The notes below the pieces were generated by a model. The model was given only the letters and a program-made list of their open reading frames with translations. It searched no databases and was not told where the DNA came from. DNA of 60,955 bases, the filler included, from Sphacelaria rigidula (taxonomy: Eukaryota): the NCBI GenBank assembly GCA_964200075.2. It is 9 parts of 9 records of this genome, joined end to end, with 100 filler letters (N's around TTAATTAATTAA, not from the genome) between each part and the next. Parts side by side here need not be neighbours in the genome. Positions count along the whole stretch, not along the records: positions 47,489 to 54,172 come from CAXNAA020018649.1; positions 54,273 to 60,955 come from CAXNAA020018650.1; 7 more parts are not named here. The stretch is one strand, 5' to 3'. Shown in pieces: positions 51,074-60,955 of the stretch. Numbering within the stretch: the first letter of the stretch is position 1; each line of letters opens with the position of its first letter. A program made the translations under genes and the position numbers.

Positions 51074-52315
51074 GTTCGTTGACGGCCCCGATTTGTTGTC
51101 GATTTTTTTGGGGGGTTTATCGATCTGGGATTCGGAAATCTTGGTCATTTTTGCGCGAACGCTACTCGTCAGTGTAGTTTGTACGCATGAGATGAAGCAT
51201 TGCTCATGTTTTATTTGATTTGGAGAACGCAAGGGTGTCGATTTTAGCTGTTGTAAGCAACAGCGATGTGGTGTATTTGGGGCATGGAAAGAATTCTCAT
51301 TACCATGCGTATGTGCTCTCCTTGAAGTACACGTTGTTTTCACCGTGAATTCCGTCGCTCGAGAAGTTGAACATTGAAATGGTTGTACACTTACTAACCA
51401 CACGTCCTACGATGGCGTTTTTTTCGTTCATTTGTCAGCATTATTTTACTTGTGAAAACTTTATTTATATATATATATATACTTACTCTGTCCCACAAGT
51501 CTGGTCGGTTATGTTTGTACCAGCCCTTTACGTTGTCCGATCTGTTTTTTTATGTTTTTTCAACATTTTTTTTGTTTGCAGCACGCCGTTGAACCATGCG
51601 GCCGACCGGCCGCAAAAAAATCAGTCGGCCAAAAAATGGCCGTATTTCGCCCCTTTCCCAGGGGCAAAAAAGTGTTGAAAAAAAAAGGTTTTATTAACCG
51701 TCCTCGGCCTCAGCCAGGAAGTCCCAAGCCCTTTTAAAGGCATCCGCGTCGTATTTGACCACCCTTTCCAACGTCCCCGCCCTCTGCCGTACCCTCACCC
51801 CGGTATGCTCCACACTAGAGTCGTTATCCCCCATCTTTCGGTTTGGTAATCAAAATTCTCCAAAATGGCCAAAATCGGGTATATTCTGACCTGATTTTGG
51901 TTTTAAAACGAACTTTTTTTTTTTAATCCGCTGCGTCTGCATTTTATCTCTCTATTGAACCCAACTATTGGGTAATCGTCAACACCGTTCCACCCAAACG
52001 AAAAAACGCCCATGAGCGACCAGACTTGTGGGACAGAGGAAGTACGTACTTCGTACGAGGAAAAGTGAAGGTACTTCCTTTCCTTCTTGGATTTATTTTA
52101 ACCTCGTGTTGGTGGAAGGTATCAATTGAGCCCGCTCACCCGTATTTTGTAGCAGCTCGTGTTATGTTCTTGAAGTTAGTCACCCAGATATCAAGTTGTT
52201 GTTTTTTTCCCTCGCCTCGCCTTTGGTCCCCGCCCCTCCTGCGCCACCCACCCGCGCGCCGACCGTACCGACCCCGCCCTTCTGTATTTTTTTATTCTGG
52301 GGTTGTCATCTATAG

Positions 52316-52987
52316 GAGCGCACATCTCCAGCGGTCGCCGTATTCCCCCGCGCGAATCTAGAAAACGGCTCCGCAGCCCATAGCGCTAGCACAGGCGCAG
52401 GCGCAGGCTCAAATCCAGATCTTCACAACAACACTAACCAACATCAGCACCACCCTCATCATCACCATCATCACCAACAATCCGCGCCTCGCCTCACCAT
52501 AGAAGCTCCCCCGGCGCCGATGGGGGTGAGGGGAAGCCGGAGGCGCCGGGACCATGGTCACAGCGGAGAGGACTCGCCGCCGCCGCCCGGAGCGAGAAGG
52601 GGGGGAGAGTTGGTCACGTCTCCAGGTTACAAGGAACTGGCGGCGTCGAAAGACTGGGACAAGCACGAGCAGAGCTCGAGGTCTTTGGCAACGAGCGCGG
52701 TAGGTTCCGCCGCCGGTGGAGGTGGTGGTGGTGGTCTGTCGCCCCGATTTTTGGAATTGCTGTCGCCGGGTCGCCGTGGAGGGGGAGGCGGGCGGGGCGG
52801 AGCTGTTGGTGGCGGCGCGGGAAACGCGGTGCAAGGGATTGCGGCTGCCACCGCCGCTTCGCTGGAGGCGGTGAGGGGCATGAAGATGCTGCAGAGTTTC
52901 CGCGCGCATACGGGACCCGTGTGGTGTGCGGAGTTCAGTCGAAAGGGACAGTATTTGGCTACCGGCGGGGCGGATGGGCTCGTGAAG
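52316..52987 (+). CDS. WD40 protein (WDR44-like), exon ending in the first WD40 repeat
   Basis: QSFRAHTGPVWCAEFSRKGQYLATGGADGLVK, His-rich tract, tag| acceptor, AAG|gt donor. Confidence 0.85.
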
Positions 52988-53422
52988 GTGTGCCGAATGA
53001 AGTTGTTTTGTGTCTCGCATGAGCATATTTTCCGGAAATCTAGCGCCCATGGCCGCAAAGCCGTGGCACAAGAAGATATAATACATGAGAAAACTATATA
53101 CATATCATACGCTCACGAACTTGAGAACACGGCGAGACAGTCCTGCGGGGCGGGGTTCTATGTAAACACGTCAGCGAAAAAATGTAATGTATGTGTGTAA
53201 TATGTATGGATATGTGTAGTGGACACCGTGTGCTCCTGTGGAAGAGATGACGGTTCTGTTTAGTTTGTGTATGTGTGTGTTTATGATGGATGTATTGTGT
53301 CGGAATGGTACAGGGACGAATGTAGTCGCATCGAGCATGACCGCTGCCTTGTGCTGTGCTGGTATCGGTCAGCAGCTTCCGAGTACAATCATCGTACTCT
53401 TGACCGTATATCTGTGTTTGCG

Positions 53423-53425
<3 letters not shown>

Positions 53426-53484
<59 letters not shown>
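53426..53484. repeat. (TG)n microsatellite. Others: (TAT)n 13420-13468, (CCTT)n 18855-18901, (CA)n 38017-38054, (AAT)-rich 45420-45635, (TGT)n 46497-46543
   Basis: Direct inspection. Confidence 0.95.
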
Positions 53485-53486
<2 letters not shown>

Positions 53487-55099
53487 CCTGTGCTGTCCTT
53501 TCCCCCATGTATGTGATGAAGTGATCTGACAAACTACCACAACCAGCTATACTGGCTTGTGCAGCACTGCTTCGTCACCTGGTGAAAATCGTTCATTCTG
53601 TTTTTGGACGGTTACGCGGGTCGGACGAATCATCGCCGGTTCGAATGAATCACCAAGTCCATGATTTTTCAGGCCGCATTTCTCGAAAGAGAGAAAAAAA
53701 GACGACCGATGGTCAAAAAGGTTCCCACGCAACTTTTGCGCCATTCCACGTGCCTGGGCTGCTGCGCGTACCTGGGTTGCAACGCTGAAAACAAAGCCCA
53801 AGGATTGGTTCGTACGGTACGAATCAATAACACTAAAATCAAGTAATTTCCAGACGAATCATTCATTCGTCCGACCCGTGGACGGTTGTTCATATGTTGA
53901 CACATGTGCTTTTTTTGTATGTATACTTGTAGAAAAAAAATGTGTTGATGCAGCACTCGAGGCTTGGCGTCCATGTTAGCTTGGGTTATACCAAAAATTC
54001 TGGGGATCACTTGTAGCATCTTCGCCAATCGCACTTGACTTACGATGATCCTCATCCTCGAGTTTGAATCCTACTTCTCGAAACCCTGCAGACAATCTTT
54101 CACGGTTAGGCAAATCATCACGACTCAAAATCACCAAATTCACGATTTCTTTTGCCTGATTGCCCAAGAGGGNNNNNNNNNNNNNNNNNNNNNNNNNNNN
54201 NNNNNNNNNNNNNNNNTTAATTAATTAANNNNNNNNNNNNNNNNNNNNNNNNNNNNNNNNNNNNNNNNNNNNGCGGGGGATCATTTTGGTGACTTGATCC
54301 CAGTATCGAGCGGGACATCATTTTGGCTATTAATAATATTGATATCCTCTACGTGTGTTGTGTTGAAATCAAATACAGCCTGTGATCTAGCTGTTCGTTT
54401 CTTTCTTGGTTTTTGATTCTCCAGCAAAATAGCGGCACAATAGGTTCCGGTTCATAGAGGGCCCCAGTTCATAACCCTCGGTACAGTATCGTTCCATGTG
54501 GATCCTTGATGGTAGATATCGTTCATGCTTAGCCACGTAAGCTCGTAGGGTACGACAGTGTGCTGTCATTGTTTGTAAGTAGTGTACTCTATTAAGGTGA
54601 CTAGATCTATCATGTAGCTTGCAGTGAATCTAGCCTGAGCTGGCAGACCAACACGTCAGTGTTGAGGATGCGTTTTAGCCTCACGTACGTGTTGAGATTT
54701 TGTTTTTGTTTCAAGGATTGAGTGCGCTGAGCTTGGTCAACTCGACCACGCACATGCAATCACTCTCCTTCATCACCTTCAGTTCTCTGCGTTCAGAAGA
54801 GTCTGTGCGTTCTGTTTTGTCTTGGCCGACTGAAGAGCCCAATCAACCATCTGTCTCATCGACTCTTATTTCGAGCTGCAGAAGTGAGTGGTCTTACAAT
54901 GACTGCGCAACCTCTACCATACACTACTGTTCGCTGACCAGTAGTCAGCCTGTCCGCGGGACAGTGCTACCGAACGCGAGCTATTCCAACACGTTGGGTC
55001 GTCCAACCAACAATCGCCGCAGGAGATCTTTCGTGAGTTTTAAACTTTGCTTCGGAGGGTACCCACCATTTATTTGGGCTCCCACCATTTTGGTGGGGT

Positions 55100-56500
55100 C
55101 TGGTTTTTGAACCCGAGACCTTCTATTCGTGGAGCGTACAAGCTATCTCACTGGTGTCGCCAGTGTGAAAAGGTGATTCCTTGTCAAGAGTTTGTGGGAT
55201 TTCGTCCCTTCTATGTGATGTTTCCCACACATATATCGATTGATGAAGGTTACCAATGATTCACACGTCTGCATGCTGGGTCGGAACGTTGCGCCCAAGA
55301 AATGTTCAAACATTGCCAGGACTCGCGGCTCTTGTCTACAAAGGCTCGCTAAGGTACTCTATAGACAAACTCCACACTTCTTTCAGCCTTGTCTCGCACG
55401 AAAGCTGTTTGAAAATGCAATTCCTGTACTTGTACTGCGGTTAACGATCGGACAGCTCAGCGTCTCTACTGCTGTGCCCAGAGACCAGGTTCATCCTCTC
55501 TGTAGCGGGGTACAACATGCTATGGTCTCATCAATCGAAATGCGTCTCATAGAAGGCACTGATTCGCCAGATTACGGTATCCACTACTAATCCCCGCGGT
55601 GCGCCTCTCCGGTATTCTGTGTGATAACGATATGTTTCCCGTCCGCATCATCTGGGACCGGCGTGAAGCAGATACAACCTTCAACACTCGCTGGGGATCA
55701 AGATCGCCCCGAGATTCAGTGAAGAAGACGCAAGGAAGCTACTTCGATGGACCTTTATATCGGAGTTCTGGTATGAGAGTTGACACCCCAAATCCCCTGT
55801 TCAGTAAGAACACGCCCAAGTCCAGAGTTGGTGCCCCGAAATGACCAGAACCCTGTGTAGCACCGATTGTCGTAGCTCATGCGGTCTACGCCGAATGATT
55901 CGGAGTGCGATTCACCGTGGCTGTGTGTATGTAAACTATATGCGACTACTCATGGCAATACGAAGTATAGCACGTAAAAAACGTCTGAGAAATCATGACA
56001 TCGGTTTCAAAATGTTGACTTCATTGTCGTCCCCACTTCTGGCCTCCCAAGGCCGTCGCTTGAGCATTTGAAAATGTACAGTCGTATAGGGATGACGACG
56101 TTCTGTGTGCTGGCAATTCGTTGCCGCACGACCACGGTGCGCACTTACGGTTAATATGCAACGCTGTGCAGTAGGCTCCGAACACATGAGGTACCCTCAC
56201 GCTGTCAATCCAACCTTTTTCACCCGGTCGTTGTGGTGCAGGCCTTTCCGGGCGTCGTGCCTCATCGCCTACAGCATACCGCACTCCGCACGTCCTGAAG
56301 AAACACTCGCAAACATGTATGAGACGAGAGTGAAAGCAAGCATCGAGCAGCTGATCGCCACGACCAAGTGAGAACTAGAACGCCCAGGCGTGAGTGAGGA
56401 TGGGATGAGAGGGAACTCTTGACACGTTTGCAGCCTACACGAGTAGGCCTGAGTTGGTATGTGTATTCTCAGACAATCATTGAAGACTTTTTTGAGGGGC
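55100..56500 (+). mobile_element. Highly degenerate Copia RT-RNase H remnant
   Basis: LGIKI..D..VKKTQGSYFD...SGMRVDTP resembles LGI.I.R...LTQ..YID....FGM...TP. NMYE resembles .MYEDN. Confidence 0.45.
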
Positions 56501-57569
56501 TGAACGTAGTCGAAATGGTCGGCAACCTGGTTCACAGCACCTCCAACACCTGGCACGTGGTTCAGCGATATTGTTAGGCAAATATGATGCAGGCTATGTA
56601 GAAAATGACCGCACCCCTTCCCCAACCCCGTATCCCTCCATCGATTTTCTTTTAACGATAGAACCTCGCACGTAGCCCCTCTCGATCGTTAAACAATCGA
56701 ATTATTGAGAATGCATGAAACTGATGCCGTTGAAAAGTTTTGTTGATTCTCACTACTTGTCGAAGGAGGCGTCGTAGTCGCAGGGGAGCATATTACGGTG
56801 AATGGAGAACGGTAGTGCACTTCAGTTGATTTCTTCCGATCAAAACAGCAAGTAAACCCTCGGGAATGTCCTTGGTATACTCCGTTTCACGCCTACAGCA
56901 GCAGCAGCGGCGGCGGCAGCAGCGGCCAAGCGAGGGCGGCAGCGCGCAGACATGTGGGCATGGACGAGTCAGAAGGTGGCATCATTCGGTTTCTGGAATC
57001 AAAGCCTCAGCTAATGGTGCAAGATTTTCACGAGAAGAACCTCGGGCTTCTCCGCTTATCCTTCAATCTTAACCCGGCGATAATCGCAAGTGTTAGCTCC
57101 TTGATCGAGGAACTTTGGTAAAAAGAGGTGTGATTGAGCGAGTTGGCTTGGCGATCTTGTTTACTACACGGGCTCCTTGTGTGGTTGAGTGTCCCACTTC
57201 CGAGTGATCAGTTTTCAACCTCACTTGTATCATAACTACAGCACCGTGATTAATTCGGAGAAAGCTTCGTCGTGCATGGGAAAACGCTCGTCAACTTACT
57301 CTAAATATATTACCTTCATCTCGGAAATGTCGTGACCTTAGTTGAAAGTATTTTATCCCCGCGCGCGTCCAAGGTGTTCGCGAGTCTTTCGTTTGACCCC
57401 GATGTCGATTCGATTAAAACTTGGTAAAAGCTCGCGAAATTCTCCCTACGGTGGTGGAAACAATTGCGCAGAGTCGAGGTGTGGACGGATGGGAGAGGTA
57501 ATTTTGAAAACAGTTGCAGTGAGGGTTGGGGTCGGAGTGATGAATCCCGGGCTGTAGAGCAGGCGGTAT

Positions 57570-60500
57570 TGGTTATGATTTCGCCGCAGGAGGTGTTGCC
57601 TTTCTAGCGCGGGGCAATTGCAGCCACTACGCGGGGTTCGTACACAGTTGTGGTGTCGGGGTCGGGGGAAGTCCTTATTCTAACCGAGACGGCCGCACAC
57701 GCTGCAGCGGGAGCACGCGATTGTTCCGATAGCCACGATCGCAACGAATCGATAGATCTCCGCAAATCGAACTGTGATCTGGAATCTCGTTAATGCCGAG
57801 ATAGCCTCCTGTTGTTACAGGTGAGGTGCACAACCGTTGGTAGCCCGGCCAAAACTGACGAAGTCGGCGGCAGTGGCTTTCGGCCTATTTAAGCCAACAA
57901 TTTGTGGGAAATCGGGAGCCTCTCAAGTGCGTGCTCGTTCCAGGACGACGATGGAACTCGAGGGCATTTGTATGTGTAGATAACACGACGGATATCAGGC
58001 TCATCAGACTTGGTGAGCCAATAAGTCGCACTGCTGCGAATCAGCGGCCATGGTGGGCATGGAGGAGAGGTGGGAAGGAAGTTAAGTTTTGCCGTTCGTT
58101 TCGCCCTGACGGTGTTTTCCCCTGGGCTGAGAAAAGTCAGGAGAAATTCCAACCCGCGTTGCACCCGGGGGGTGTAGTCTCCAACCTTGCCAAACGTTGG
58201 AAAGTCTCGCGATCCATACTGATTGCTAATGGTGCGACAGGCTTGTGTTGTCACTCAAGTGATAGTTTCACCATCCAACTCAAGCGGCCATCATCGGCGC
58301 TCGTTGGCAGCGTAGCTTGACTGAGGAGGTACGTTGACGGTAGCAGATCGCCCAAATCCACGGTCGAACATATATTGTTTGTGTCACACCTTAAGGCTAA
58401 ACCATCTTTGTATTCCGATCAATTACACTGCTATTTTCCTCGGGTATTTGTAGTATTATTATTGTCGGATATTTTTCATGGGAAGTTTCCACCAAGTTTC
58501 TCATGGCATTTTGTCGATTTCTCATATTTGAGAAGTGGAACATACCGCTGAACCATATTTGTGGTCGTGTATGTTCTCTGATAAACTTATATCGGATGGG
58601 CCCAGCGGTGATCACCACCACCAAGGCTTACTTCCTTTGTTCTCTAGCTTCACGCCATCATTCCCGGGCCATGAGTACTTGTTAATGAGAGATGAGCTGC
58701 CGAGATCATCAGTGATCACCGAACACGCTAGCGCTTATCGGCAGACGGTGCGGACTGATCAACCGTACGGCGATGGTTTGAGTCAAGGAGCTCGTTGGTG
58801 CAACGGGAGGTAGCGCCTCTACTGTACAGAAAGAAGTGCTGAGTTGACGCCTTTGCTGAAGGTAGTCAACGCAGTGGAGAAACAGCGATCAGGACGTATT
58901 TAAGGCGTCGGCTGGGGGAAGTCCTCCAAACCCACGGCTCGCCAGTGGTTCGTGGGTGCAAAAGGGGTTCCGTCTTTGAACGTGTTGTCATACTTTATCG
59001 ACGAAGGACTAGAATTTCCAAAGCCCAAGCGGGATATAGACAGGATGACTGCCCGTGTCTTTCAGCAAAATTCTTCAAGTCCGATCAGCTCTGAGTCAGC
59101 GGAGAGATTGGGCATTGTACGTGCGGATTAAGGATCCGCCATTACTGAGATTGAAGAAGCTTCGCAGCAGCAGGGAGCTGATGGGTTCGTGCTGCTGATA
59201 TCTTGTGCGGACGCGCACTTGTTAAGATATTTGCTGCTGTAGGTACTTTCAGTACTATAGCGGCCGATTAGAGATAAGATGCTCGGGCGTGAATTTCAAG
59301 TTGTTGAGAAACCCAGAGAAATGGGGCTGAGAGGAAATGTAAAAAATTCAAAAAATTCAAGAATGCCATGCATGTTAGTCTGTTGTGATGACAGCTGCGT
59401 AGACATGTCGATGTTTGCGTATCTCGTTGATAATATCGTGCAGCATACCAGTGAGGGGATCATGTTATATCGTTGAGGTAGCCGCCGAAGTCTGTGTGCT
59501 GCTTTCTGTGTACTATCATGATATCGTGCAGCATATCAGTACAAATGGCTATACTGTATTGTGGTAGCCCCCGAACTATGTTGTCGGTATTCTGTTTCCT
59601 GTGTGCGATTGCCTGTGTGCAGGGAGAAGTCATGCCCACTCTATGAAGGCAGGTTTAGCGTGAAAGGAGTCACTTGAAGACAGAATGAGTCAGTAGGTGC
59701 GTATACCAGAAATGTGTGCAATACTCGATATGCACATTCTGTTGGGATGAACGCACAATGTTCTGCAGAACGCCAACTGAAACTTTTTGGCAAACGTACT
59801 GAATCAATCGGGCAGTAGTCGAGGGTACGCCGATTGGCTGATGGGAAATAAGTTTTAGCAGCTCCCCCGTTCAAGCAGGTGGGATCATGTGTATCGTGCC
59901 GCCTTTGAGTTCTGTATTTCCGGTAGTCGAGAAAAGAATGTTTTGCTTATGCGCATGAACTTGTGTCGCATGCCAACGAAATTTGAACATAGTGCTAGGG
60001 AGTTTTGTGGATTTGTTGATCTCTCTACACATGAAGGGGAAATTGTAGGCGTGTACGGTGTTTGCTCATTCCCGAAGCTTGCCGAAGCAGGAGGGGCACA
60101 GCACGCTGTGCTGTATGTATGCTGAGTACGATTCGCGCGTTCCCTTCTTGTACTGAACGCTGTGAGGATGCGCAGCATGCACTTGCCATCAGAACCGTGA
60201 AGGACCATGATAATGTTTTCCCAAAACGTCTTGTGAGTGCAATGCAGTTATTACTCCGACGTGCAGCAGGTCCTCTTCGGTACACCACTGTCTGTACTGT
60301 AGAGTGACTGACGGGCCTCGGTGCTTGTGCTTATTTCCTGTTTTGGACAGTACTGTGAACCGCAGTGCTGTTCGAGATGCATTCGCCGTTTCCGGACCCA
60401 CCTGTTGTGGCTGATAGGTATGTTCAAGTACATACAGGATAACTGTTGGATATTACATTTTCTCGTTAGGCTGAATCGTATTATCGACACATCGTTTATT

Positions 60501-60955
60501 TGTGCGTGTGTTCTCTCAGGGGCACCTGAGAGGTATCCGTGAGGAAGAAAAACAAATCGCGGTGGTGGTGGTGGTGGTGGTGATCTCTTGTCATTCCACG
60601 GGCCAAACCCTTGCACCTTTTCAAATCAAGTGTCCTTCACGCTAGAAACCACCTCATTGCGCATCTATAGGTAGTATAAGGATCCGCACGAAATTTCAGG
60701 TCATTTCGTCCTCCCTAGGTTGAGTTTGACCCATGGCTACTGATGCGGCTGTGCCCGGCGCTGCACGGACGGTGGGTCGGAGAGATGTAACACACGCGCA
60801 CAAAAACGTTTTGGAATAGTACACCTCTGTCAATACGGAAGAAAAATAAACGTATGGCATTTCAAATTGAAGATCTCCTTCATCACAAATACATCCACAT
60901 GTATGTGGGAGATATCCCTTTGCAGTGACATATCAGAGACTGATGTCACACATGT
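57570..60955 (+). mobile_element. Highly degenerate Copia gag-int-RT-RH remnant
   Basis: INRTAM (integrase ER.NRT) near 58760 precedes YEGRFSVKGVT (resembles YKARLVVKGFT) near 59640, i.e. Copia domain order. Confidence 0.5.

Noticed and set aside
6685..54272. Regularly spaced TTAATTAATTAA palindromes as a biological repeat or CRISPR-like array
   Set aside because: They are embedded in fixed N runs and are synthetic six-frame-stop linkers

Overview
This is eukaryotic DNA, most consistent with a brown alga (Phaeophyceae): GT-AG introns of several kb, short GC-rich exons, TTAGGG-like repeats and stramenopile-type TPR and Copia sequences. It is not one locus. Nine unrelated contigs of about 6,684 bp are joined by eight artificial 100-nt linkers (N44-TTAATTAATTAA-N44), so no synteny holds across linkers. 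Partial spliced genes found: an unknown coiled-coil/low-complexity protein, condensin subunit CAP-G, a 42-aa TPR-array protein of the NB-ARC-TPR/kinesin-light-chain type, a LETM1-domain protein, a patatin-like phospholipase and a WDR44-like WD40 protein. The rest is mobile DNA: a decayed intron-containing BED-hAT transposase, several very old Ty1/Copia remnants, tRNA-derived SINEs, and many MITEs whose ends and target-site duplications (TSDs) point to at least five superfamilies. Most ORFs in the supplied track are spurious. The best leads are an in-frame TPR exon cassette bracketed by inverted repeats, a MITE family carrying telomere-like repeats, and a short repeat recurring just upstream of 3' splice sites. 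All family assignments come from reading motifs by eye; no searches were run.
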